From Candidatus Delongbacteria bacterium (lineage in GTDB: Bacteria; UBA4055), in the NCBI GenBank assembly GCA_027858225.1, contig JAQIDB010000073.1, forward strand, positions 1 to 45,476: a DNA stretch of 45,476 nucleotides. The letters run 5' to 3'. The translations under genes and the position numbers were made by a program. Each line of letters starts with the position of its first letter. Position 1 is the first letter of the stretch. Below the pieces are notes generated by a model. That model worked only from the letters and a program-made list of their open reading frames with translations. It was not told the DNA's origin and did not search any database. This document shows, in pieces, positions 9,111 to 18,115 of the stretch.

Positions 9111-10358
9111 TTATTTTTCGACATCATGTTTTCTAAATGCAATCACTCTTTGAATGATCTTAGTTGGCTTGTACTTATGCTCAATATACTCACCGTTTTC
9201 TAAATTCTTCTTGTATGACCAATGATATTCGTTGGTTTCTTTCTGAAAAACAATATCCATATCAAATTTATCTAAATGATGAACATAAAATTTAGATATT
9301 TTATTGGTAATATCAGTCTTTTCAATGTTATTCGAAGTTATTGATGCTGTCTTAGGCCTATGAACTATCTCAATAACCTGACAATCGATAGTATCTGCTC
9401 TTGTAATTATTTTTTTATTCGGCAGTTTTCTGAACATGGCAAAATTGTGCCTAGATGGATTAGACTTACTTTCGTATTTTTTGACAATATTTTTTATGTC
9501 ATCACTGAATGTAAATTTGTATAGAAGTGAATCAGCACCGATCTCCCTACACACTTTGTCTTCATTAATATTCTTTTTCAAATCGTTTGATATCAATAGC
9601 CCGGAATATGATATAAATCCACTCTTATTCAGGTTGTACATAAAAACTAAAGGGTTGATATCTTTCAGTAAAACATCAAAATCAGTTTTGGGATTATCGA
9701 TCATAGCAAAGGTAGAAAGAACTTCGCTCTTAATAAAGCCAGTTATGAAACCTCCTTCATTGTTTCGATATTTTATTTTAGCAGTATCGTTAAATAATGA
9801 GTTAACAAATAACGAGTCAACAAAAACAAGGTCTCCTTTGGCAAGAATAGTTACTTCATTCCCAGATAAATTTTCCTCCAAAAAAACTTTTGAGTCTGAC
9901 GTTTTAATCCACCTGGGGTCAATTAAATTATTATCGATATTATTTTTCTCGGAACTATCCTGAGTAAATGATAAAAATGATCTGCCATAATACTTCATTC
10001 TTGAAATGGTTTTCTTCCTAACCCAGCCTTCGACTACATTTGAAGGAGAATCTATCAGTCTGATTTTTACAAACTTTTTCTTAGGACCAAGTTCTAAATA
10101 TTCTACAATGGAGTTTATGTTCAATGAATATTTAAGTTCAGCATTATTTTTAGGAGAATCATAAACTAATCCATTATCGATCTTTACTTTGTAAAAAATA
10201 GTTTCCAGAGAATCCGTTCTGAAGTTATTGAATGTAATACCGGTCTTAGTATCAACTATTGATTTCATAAGTTTAGCTTCCTGTGAGTAAACTATTGAAA
10301 CGAATGCTATACTTAATAGTATAATAGACAAATATTTACTTAGCGGCTTAATTGACAT
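9111..10358 (-). CDS. Exported hypothetical protein with two SH3b-like segments
   Basis: Signal peptide ending VYS-Q and GGAG SD. Two segments resemble bacterial SH3 (FVKIRL..VEGWVRKKTI; AKIKY..TGFIKSEVL). Confidence 0.6.
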   Translation of the reverse strand: MSIKPLSKYLSIILLSIAFVSIVYSQEAKLMKSIVDTKTGITFNNFRTDSLETIFYKVKIDNGLVYDSPKNNAELKYSLNINSIVEYLELGPKKKFVKIRLIDSPSNVVEGWVRKKTISRMKYYGRSFLSFTQDSSEKNNIDNNLIDPRWIKTSDSKVFLEENLSGNEVTILAKGDLVFVDSLFVNSLFNDTAKIKYRNNEGGFITGFIKSEVLSTFAMIDNPKTDFDVLLKDINPLVFMYNLNKSGFISYSGLLISNDLKKNINEDKVCREIGADSLLYKFTFSDDIKNIVKKYESKSNPSRHNFAMFRKLPNKKIITRADTIDCQVIEIVHRPKTASITSNNIEKTDITNKISKFYVHHLDKFDMDIVFQKETNEYHWSYKKNLENGEYIEHKYKPTKIIQRVIAFRKHDVEK

Positions 10359-10470
10359 GTGAATTCTCCGTGTATATTTGTTAGTTTAACTATAAATGTT
10401 CACTTTGTTGTGTATTTAATAGTATAATAATGAATGTCTTCTTTTATATGATTGTTTGTATAGCGATAAA

Positions 10471-10499
10471 AATTTACTTCTTTGGTTTCAAAATGTCAA
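10471..10499 (-). promoter_or_regulatory. sigma70-like promoter for the 9111-10358 gene
   Basis: Minus strand TTGACA-17 nt-TAAATT. Confidence 0.5.
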
Positions 10500-10629
10500 T
10501 ACCCTACATTATTTAATAATTTTCAATAAATATTTTAAGAGAGTTTGTACTTCTTGTTTCAACGATTGTTTCAATATTTCTATTCGCATTAGTTTTCAAA
10601 AAAAAATAAAAAAATATGATATAAAGCAT

Positions 10630-10658
10630 TTGAAAAAAAAAGGACAATGCTGTATATT
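10630..10658 (+). promoter_or_regulatory. Distal sigma70-like promoter (P1) of the TBDR operon
   Basis: TTGAAA-17 nt-TATATT. Confidence 0.5.
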
Positions 10659-10759
10659 TCGATATAGTAGTGTCATAGGATTGTAAAAATCCGGAGATAT
10701 GCAAATGGTAAGGAGGTTGAAAACATATGCTAATTCATTGAAATAAATTTGTTTTTAGT

Positions 10760-10788
10760 TTGCATATTTTTTTTTGACATGCTATATT
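10760..10788 (+). promoter_or_regulatory. Proximal sigma70-like promoter (P2) of the TBDR operon
   Basis: TTGCAT-17 nt-TATATT with extended -10 TG. Confidence 0.55.
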
Positions 10789-10864
10789 ATCCCAAACCTT
10801 GAAACAGTTAAGGTTTTGTAGCGCTATTAATATAAACTTAATTAATAAACAAATGGAGCCAACT

Positions 10865-13800
10865 ATGAAAAGAAGTATCGTCATTTTGATGATCGCCCTC
10901 TTCTCCTCTATTCTTTTTTCAGGTACTACCGGAAAGATAAAAGGTATCGTAACTGATGAGAATGGCGAACCTTTAGAAGGTGCTAATATCATGGTAGTAG
11001 GTAAAACTTGGGGTGCTGAAACTGATGAAGATGGTTATTACTATATCATCGGTGTCAGAGCAGGTACTTATCAAGTAAAATGTCAGTACATTGGATACTC
11101 TCCAAAGACAGTCGCCAACCTTAAGGTAAGAGTAGGCCTAACGTCTTCTCAAAACTATAAGTTAGTTTCAGAAGCGATTGAGATTGGTGAAATGGAAATT
11201 ACAGTATACCAAGATGAAAAAGTAGAAATGGATGTGACAACTTCTGTTAGGAGTGTTAACATGGGTACTATGGGTACACAAGCTGTTACTGAAGTTTCAG
11301 ACGTTCTTAATAACGAAGCGGGTATCAAGAAAGATGCTGACGGAGGATTGCACTTTAGAGGTGGTAGGTCCGGAGAGGTAAGTTATGTTATTGATGGTAT
11401 ATCTGTTGGAGATCCAACGGGTGCTAAAGATGCTCCGGTATCCATAAATTTTGCAAATGTTGAATCTTTCAATATTCAAAAAGGTGTACCTGATGCAGAA
11501 TATGGTGATGCACTTTCTGGAAGTGTGAATATTGTGATGAAAATTGGTGATCAAGATAAAACTTCCGGACATGTAAAATATACTACGGATTCTTTCTTAG
11601 GGGATAGTAAGCTGGACTACACAAGAGGTGAGTTTAGCATTAGTGGTCCTATTCCTATACCTGGCATGTCAGAAAAACCTACTTACTATATTGCTACAGA
11701 TCTTACGACTCAAAATGGATTTTCACAGTCGTATAGAGATTTAGGAGATAGGGATGGGGATTATTACGAATTTGGAGATTTTGATATTACTAATCTTGGA
11801 TTTGACGTAGCTCAAAAAAGGGAAAATAATTTTAACATCATCTTTAAAACAGCTTATCAAATAACTCCAAAAATGAGTGTGTCTACGTCTTATACCGCAT
11901 CAAGATCTCACGATTATGATTTTTCTTGGCTTTATAGATATACTCCACAAACAGCTAATGAAGTTATTACAGATGTAGCGGTATTTAACGTGAGTTTTAA
12001 ACACACGATAAACCAACAAAGTTACTATGACTTAATCTTTTCATATTATAATAGGAAATTGGAAAGTCTTCCGGGAGGAAACTTACCAACTGATTTTGTT
12101 TTTGAGGACGAAACTGATCAATTCAGTTTATATGGAGATATGTTAAGTAATAATATCAGAGACGGTGGTGACGCCGAAGGGTATTTTGATTTAAATCTAA
12201 ATGGCTATTTTGATAGAGAGTATTTTATTGATGCGAATGGAAATAGTAATTATGATATGGGTGAAGATTTTGTAGATGCGGACAATAACGGTCTTTACGA
12301 TGGTGATGGTCTTTTCGATTCTGGAGGTTCATCAGCTAATAATGAATGGGATTATTGGGAGGCAGGACAATCTTTCAGTGGTTTTGTCGGAGGTGATTTT
12401 ACAACAGTCGGAGGTGTTTCAGTTACAGTTCCCGGAACGATGACTTCGAATATTTATAATAACTCTTTCGATATTGTTGAAGGATATATTGATCAAAATC
12501 TCAGTGGACATTATGAGAAGGATATTTACGACGAAGGGTTACAGGGTTCTTATGAACATTATGTTGACGGTGACCATTTCTTTGATACAGGAGAGCCGTA
12601 TATTGATCAGAAAAGATTAATGCTGACTACTTCTGGAATTAAAGCAATTTCTAATAAAATTTGGAATGAGGCAACGACAGAAACTTTTGCGCTTAAAACA
12701 TTTAAAGCTGATGATGATTCATTGGTGAATGATAATTTAGCAGGAGGATTAGATTCTTGGTTCTGGTCAGCTTTAGCTGAACATGAGAGCAATAACTACT
12801 ACAATGCGTCTTACAGCACAAGAAACAGTGGCACTTATGAAATAGAAATTGAATTGGATGTATCTGATCCAATAACTGGTGTGCCATATTACTATACTAT
12901 AATGGTGTACGATCAAATGATCGACATTGACTACTCTAAAGAGTCATTCCTTGACCTTAGATCTTCATTAGGATCTTCAGCGCAGCCAAACCCAAGATTA
13001 AATTTGGTGTATGACAAACAATGGAATGGTGTGTTTGATGAATTTGAGGCATATTCTAAATTTAGACCAAATGGTTCGAGTACTGATGAATCTAATTTGG
13101 GATGGACGACAGGTCATTCCTATGCAGATAATCCTTCCGACTATGTTGAATATGTTGGTTCATACGTGATTTATAAAGCTCCAACAAGTGTATTGGTTGA
13201 TGGAAACCTAATCAATATGTATGACGAGACTCCTAATGTAGCAACTATCCCTTTAGACTCGTATTCTACATGGATTAACAACAATGGGGATGTTAATAGT
13301 ACATATAATGTAGCAAATAATATGCACGATGATGGTGAAAGTTTTGAAGATTATAATAGTAACGGTGTTTGGAACTTGAATCCTGGATTTTTGTTGCCAG
13401 ACGAGTATTATGATGGAACGAGATATCAACTTTTTGACAATACCGTTTATAAATTGAAAGGTAATTATACAAACCAGTTGAATAAGTTCCATATGATAAA
13501 AACAGGTTTTGAATTAGCATTGAATGAGTTGGATTATTACAGTAATACTAATCCTTATTACGCTTATGATACTGCTAACCAGGAAGTAATCGAAGGAGAT
13601 CCATTTCCTGAGAACGGAGAAACAAAAACATATTATCAATACAAGCCAATTGAATTTTCAATGTATGTTCAAGATAAAATGGAATTTGAAGATCTAGTTG
13701 TTAACGCAGGAATTAGACTTGATATGAGGTCATTAGATCAAGATGCGATTGATTATTATGAATCTAAATACAATTCAGAAGGTTCAGATCAATTTGGATA

Positions 13801-14809
13801 TGAAGAAGAACTAGAGCCTACAATCTATGCAATAAGTCCGAGATTTGGTATTTCTCATTCTATCTCTGAAAGTTCAAAGTTGTTTTTCTCGTACGGTCAT
13901 TTATATATGAAGCCTAGTTATACAGCAGTATTTGCACCTAATGCAACAACTGATACTAACCCATTGTTTGGTAATATGAACCTTGGTTATGAAAGAAATG
14001 TTCAATACGAACTTGGGGTTGTAAATGAATTAGGATTGTACTTAGTTGATATTACAGGATACTTCAAAGATATCTACGATATGATAAATACAAAAACTTA
14101 CGATTATGGCTCTCACCTTGCTTCAGTTTACTATAATTCAGATTACGGTAAATCTAGAGGAGTTGAGATTGCAGTTGATAGAAGTCTGCAAAACCATTAT
14201 TTGTGGGGTGTTAACTACGTACTAGCCTATGCTTATGGTAAATCATCAGATGCGGAATCTAATTTTGATACTGATATAACTGACGATGATGAAACTGAAC
14301 TTATAATAAAAGAATATCCATTGATATGGGATGAAAGACATCAGATATCTTCATACTTTACATTGATGTTTGGTAAAGGTGAAACTTTGTTCGATATTCC
14401 TTATACTGATAATTGGTCTATTGGAATGAATACAAGTTTTGGAAGTGGTACACCTTTTACACCTTCTGCAGAATTCTATGATGGGGACGTTGCTTCAGAG
14501 GATATTCAGATAAATTCTGAGAGAATGCCTTGGACATCGAGTACTGATCTTAAAATTTCTAAGACTTTTGCATTTACCGGTGAAAATAATGTATCTTATG
14601 GAAATCTTAAATTCGATTTCAATATTTACAATTTGTTTAACAAGATAAATGTTCTAGAAGTATACGAAGATACAGGAAGTTGGTCAGAAAGAAGTGATCT
14701 TTTTTATACCGCGAATTCAACACAGTCTAATTTTTCAGATTTCTATACAGATTTGTCAAATATTGCCGAAAGAAGACATTATAGATTTGGTGTAAGTTAC
14801 GCTTGGTAA
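10865..14809 (+). CDS. TonB-dependent receptor with N-terminal CarboxypepD_reg-like domain and large Asp/Asn-rich repeat insert
   Basis: Start moved to ATG 10865 (GGAG SD; signal peptide MKRSIVILMIALFSSILFS). GKIKGIVTDENGEPLEGANI domain; plug HFRGGRSGEVSYVIDG...AEYGDALSGSVNIVMK; barrel strands (YVQDKMEF, NAGIRLD, SPRFGISH, IYNLFNKIN); terminal aromatic FGVSYAW. Confidence 0.9.
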   Translation: MKRSIVILMIALFSSILFSGTTGKIKGIVTDENGEPLEGANIMVVGKTWGAETDEDGYYYIIGVRAGTYQVKCQYIGYSPKTVANLKVRVGLTSSQNYKLVSEAIEIGEMEITVYQDEKVEMDVTTSVRSVNMGTMGTQAVTEVSDVLNNEAGIKKDADGGLHFRGGRSGEVSYVIDGISVGDPTGAKDAPVSINFANVESFNIQKGVPDAEYGDALSGSVNIVMKIGDQDKTSGHVKYTTDSFLGDSKLDYTRGEFSISGPIPIPGMSEKPTYYIATDLTTQNGFSQSYRDLGDRDGDYYEFGDFDITNLGFDVAQKRENNFNIIFKTAYQITPKMSVSTSYTASRSHDYDFSWLYRYTPQTANEVITDVAVFNVSFKHTINQQSYYDLIFSYYNRKLESLPGGNLPTDFVFEDETDQFSLYGDMLSNNIRDGGDAEGYFDLNLNGYFDREYFIDANGNSNYDMGEDFVDADNNGLYDGDGLFDSGGSSANNEWDYWEAGQSFSGFVGGDFTTVGGVSVTVPGTMTSNIYNNSFDIVEGYIDQNLSGHYEKDIYDEGLQGSYEHYVDGDHFFDTGEPYIDQKRLMLTTSGIKAISNKIWNEATTETFALKTFKADDDSLVNDNLAGGLDSWFWSALAEHESNNYYNASYSTRNSGTYEIEIELDVSDPITGVPYYYTIMVYDQMIDIDYSKESFLDLRSSLGSSAQPNPRLNLVYDKQWNGVFDEFEAYSKFRPNGSSTDESNLGWTTGHSYADNPSDYVEYVGSYVIYKAPTSVLVDGNLINMYDETPNVATIPLDSYSTWINNNGDVNSTYNVANNMHDDGESFEDYNSNGVWNLNPGFLLPDEYYDGTRYQLFDNTVYKLKGNYTNQLNKFHMIKTGFELALNELDYYSNTNPYYAYDTANQEVIEGDPFPENGETKTYYQYKPIEFSMYVQDKMEFEDLVVNAGIRLDMRSLDQDAIDYYESKYNSEGSDQFGYEEELEPTIYAISPRFGISHSISESSKLFFSYGHLYMKPSYTAVFAPNATTDTNPLFGNMNLGYERNVQYELGVVNELGLYLVDITGYFKDIYDMINTKTYDYGSHLASVYYNSDYGKSRGVEIAVDRSLQNHYLWGVNYVLAYAYGKSSDAESNFDTDITDDDETELIIKEYPLIWDERHQISSYFTLMFGKGETLFDIPYTDNWSIGMNTSFGSGTPFTPSAEFYDGDVASEDIQINSERMPWTSSTDLKISKTFAFTGENNVSYGNLKFDFNIYNLFNKINVLEVYEDTGSWSERSDLFYTANSTQSNFSDFYTDLSNIAERRHYRFGVSYAW

Positions 14810-14842
14810 AAGATTAAAATTAAATAATTAGGAGACTGATTA

Positions 14843-17800
14843 ATGAAAATATATAAGCGAATATCTACCATTCTTTTGTTGGTGGCCTTTATATCTTCTT
14901 TTGCTAAGGCAGCACCGGAGAAAATGAATGCAGGTAGTGATATGAAAGTAGTTCAAGATTCGAAGTTGCTAAGACCGGAACTTTACAACAGGACTCATAG
15001 AGCAGGATTATTGTGGATGAATTTAACAAATGCCGGTTATTACGGCAACCCAGATGGATTGATCGATCCATGTACGGGTTCAGTAGCACCATCAGGAGAA
15101 TTACACTCTGGAAATGTTGCGGACTTCTTGTTTGTTGGAGGTCTGTTATTTGGGGGGTATTTGGATTCTACTCAAGTTGAAATTTCTGGTGTTGAATCAA
15201 GTATATTTCAAGGTCCATTGGTTACATCATCTTATGATGGTTGGGTGGGAGATCCTATGGCCAAAGAAATGTGGGCTGTTGATTTTGTAGATGATCCAAG
15301 TGGATTGACACTGGGTAAAATAAGAGAATCTTCAAATATTGAAGGGAAAAAGAGTTGCTTATTCGAAGAAGTTTATGATCCGGCTTCTACTGCAGAAGAG
15401 CAATTTAACACAATGTATACTGACAGATATGTAGATCAAACTTATACAGGGTGGGATCTTAATGATAATCGTAATCATATTCCACTAGGTATAGAAGTAA
15501 GACAAAAGAGTTATGCATGGTCTTTTGATTATGCTCAAAAATTCATCATTATAGACTATACATTATATAACGAAAATGCTGATGGCAACGATATCTATGA
15601 CTTCTTTATGGGTATGTATCTTGATTGTGATATTGGTATGATCAATTCAACTTGGGATGAGAATGCAGCGGATGATCTTGGTGGATTTATTCAAAAATGG
15701 GATGGATATAAAGATCCTGCTACGAATGAATATAAAACTGTTGATCTAAACCTTGCATGGGCTGCAGATAACGATGGAAGAAATTATACAGGAGAGTATT
15801 ATTTAGGTACTGATGTTGAACCCGGAGCTGATAGTCCATTAGATGGTGGTACCGGTATTGTAACAATTAGAGTTCTAAGAAATCCAAATCCTGATTTAAA
15901 GTATGCTTTCAATTTATATGCTGCAGACTCAGATGATGAAGGTAAAGATTGGGGACCTCACTGGAAAACAGACCTACATGATGACTGGGCTTATGATCTT
16001 ACTCCTATGCAAAAAGGTTATGATGATACTAACCATGATGGTTTATTTAATGATGGTGGAGAATTTTTATACAATGGAAGAACAGAAGGAAGACCAATAG
16101 GAGATAGAGGTAAGTATATGGTTATGTCAAATGATGAGTTTGATTATAATCAATATGACATTATAGATGTTCATTTGGGAAGATTTAGTGATCCTGATTA
16201 TGTAGAGGATGGTTCACCATTTGCCCAAGAGGATAAATGGCAACCATGGATACTTCCGGCAGATGTACAGCCAGGTGAAGTTGCTGATGGAGATCTTGAA
16301 ACTAGAAATGACCTTGCAAATGGTGCGGATGTAAAATATGTTCTTTCATTCGGTCCTCTTGGAACTGAAGACTATCAAAATGTAGCTTACGATTCAGATA
16401 ATAATGGAAGTATAGATTCATATATGAATAAGAATATCTGGAGATTTGCTTATAAGGATTCTATTAAGCTTACATTGGCATTTATTGTTAGTGACGGATT
16501 CCATAAATCTCTAGAACAAGATCCAAATTATTATGGACAGGAAGGTGCGATGGATCCCACAACAGGAATAGATCCGTCATATTATGATGCAGGTTGGGAT
16601 GATGCGTTGTATAATGTTTTATGGGCAGAAAGAGTTTATGACATACCAATGTATGATACTCCTGTTAAGAGTGATGTTTACCCTGACGGAATCGGTGATG
16701 GCTGGTTTGGTGAAGATGTAGGTGAAGATGGTATTTATGCTGATACAAGAAATACTACCGAATGTTGGTGGACGGATCCAATAGTTCAATATGGTGCTCC
16801 AGATGCAGGAGAAGGTAATATGGAGATGGATGATTTTACTACTCCATTTACTGACACGTATGGTCATTTAGCAAGTAATGAAGACAACCTTTTACCATAC
16901 GGAAATGAAATCTTTGTTAATGGTGCTAATATTGATTATGAAATTACAGGTACTAGCACTGGTGGTTACAAAGACGGTTATGGATATATGGTTAAATATA
17001 ATAATTTGATTGATCCAAGTTCAGAAGTACCACAAGGTGATTGGGTAAGATATGGATTTGACAACGACAAAATGGATGCTGGAGATGGAGTACCTGATTT
17101 TACAGGTCCACCACCACCACCTTCACCACAAATTGAAGTATCCTATAATAACAGCGACATAATCGTAGAATGGGCATCTGTTGAATTTTCTGAATCAGAT
17201 GGTGTCGAGGCTATTTCAGGACCTGAAATGATAAAAGATCCTTTTACCAGAATAGTGGATTTTGAAGGTTACCAAGTACAAGTTTCTCCTGATGATCTTT
17301 CGATAAATTTCATAGAGGTCTTGAGCGTGGATGAAGAAGATTATACATACGTAAACGTTGCCGAAGTTGGTGATTATTTATGTTCACCATTTTCTAAGGA
17401 AAGATATGATTACCTTGTATCTACAGATTCAACGCAAATTTATCAAGACGGTAAAATATGGATATTAACTGCTTTCGGAGATAATAGAGATATGACATCT
17501 TCTTACGCAGAAGAAGGAATGTATGAGTATAGTGCTACTCCGGCAACAAAGATTATTAACAATACAGATACAATTGATTATTTCAAATATAAATTTATAT
17601 TGAAAGATAAATTATATGCTTCACAGAGCTATATTTCCGTAACATCATCTGATTTTGGTGATCCTGATTCGGGAACTCCGGCATTACAGTCAAGTCCGTC
17701 AGTTAACCAAGTATCTGTTATACCGACAAAGTTTTCCGGAAGAGATGATGTAAGGGTAGTACCAAACCCATATAGAGCAGATGTTGATTACGAAGAACTA

Positions 17801-18103
17801 AACTGGGAAAATTATAACACTGATGATGAGTGGAATGAGCAACAAAGAAAAATACTCTTTATGAACATACCTTTTGAATCAATCGTACGAATATACACTT
17901 TGGCCGGTGATCTAGTGAAGACAATTGGTCATAACGGAAATTCAAGAGATGGTGAAAAGTATCAATATGGTGAATATGGAGCTGCATGGGATCTTATAAA
18001 TGAAAATGATCAAGCAGTAGTATCCGGGATATATTTATTTAGTGTTCAAGATGTTAACGATGACAGCTATGAATATATCGGTAAATTTGTAATTATTAAA
18101 TAA
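14843..18103 (+). CDS. Large acidic secreted protein with FlgD-Ig/T9SS-like C-terminal domain
   Basis: Signal peptide (..SSFA), GIEVRQKSYAWS..FIIIDY core, poly-Pro linker, FN3-like DFEGYQV segment, C-terminal VVPNPY..IYTLAGDLV..KFVIIK. Confidence 0.8.
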   Translation: MKIYKRISTILLLVAFISSFAKAAPEKMNAGSDMKVVQDSKLLRPELYNRTHRAGLLWMNLTNAGYYGNPDGLIDPCTGSVAPSGELHSGNVADFLFVGGLLFGGYLDSTQVEISGVESSIFQGPLVTSSYDGWVGDPMAKEMWAVDFVDDPSGLTLGKIRESSNIEGKKSCLFEEVYDPASTAEEQFNTMYTDRYVDQTYTGWDLNDNRNHIPLGIEVRQKSYAWSFDYAQKFIIIDYTLYNENADGNDIYDFFMGMYLDCDIGMINSTWDENAADDLGGFIQKWDGYKDPATNEYKTVDLNLAWAADNDGRNYTGEYYLGTDVEPGADSPLDGGTGIVTIRVLRNPNPDLKYAFNLYAADSDDEGKDWGPHWKTDLHDDWAYDLTPMQKGYDDTNHDGLFNDGGEFLYNGRTEGRPIGDRGKYMVMSNDEFDYNQYDIIDVHLGRFSDPDYVEDGSPFAQEDKWQPWILPADVQPGEVADGDLETRNDLANGADVKYVLSFGPLGTEDYQNVAYDSDNNGSIDSYMNKNIWRFAYKDSIKLTLAFIVSDGFHKSLEQDPNYYGQEGAMDPTTGIDPSYYDAGWDDALYNVLWAERVYDIPMYDTPVKSDVYPDGIGDGWFGEDVGEDGIYADTRNTTECWWTDPIVQYGAPDAGEGNMEMDDFTTPFTDTYGHLASNEDNLLPYGNEIFVNGANIDYEITGTSTGGYKDGYGYMVKYNNLIDPSSEVPQGDWVRYGFDNDKMDAGDGVPDFTGPPPPPSPQIEVSYNNSDIIVEWASVEFSESDGVEAISGPEMIKDPFTRIVDFEGYQVQVSPDDLSINFIEVLSVDEEDYTYVNVAEVGDYLCSPFSKERYDYLVSTDSTQIYQDGKIWILTAFGDNRDMTSSYAEEGMYEYSATPATKIINNTDTIDYFKYKFILKDKLYASQSYISVTSSDFGDPDSGTPALQSSPSVNQVSVIPTKFSGRDDVRVVPNPYRADVDYEELNWENYNTDDEWNEQQRKILFMNIPFESIVRIYTLAGDLVKTIGHNGNSRDGEKYQYGEYGAAWDLINENDQAVVSGIYLFSVQDVNDDSYEYIGKFVIIK

Positions 18104-18115
18104 TGGAGTACGGAA

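Noticed and set aside
9436-9963. 175-aa plus-strand ORF
   Set aside because: Antisense shadow of the 9111-10358 gene; no SD and no recognisable motif.
10799-10864. ORF-track TTG start of the TBDR
   Set aside because: ATG 10865 has an SD and gives a clean signal peptide.
10456-10992. Short ORFs 10456-10686(+), 10513-10704(-) and 10735-10992(-)
   Set aside because: Mostly non-ATG or SD-less starts, AT-rich low-complexity translation, and overlap with promoter boxes or the TBDR start.
6840-18103. Diversity-generating retroelement or recent gene conversion between the paralog 3' ends
   Set aside because: Differences are mostly synonymous and involve all bases rather than being adenine-specific. 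Identical DNA runs are short (about 20-25 nt) and match conserved peptides. No reverse transcriptase gene is present.
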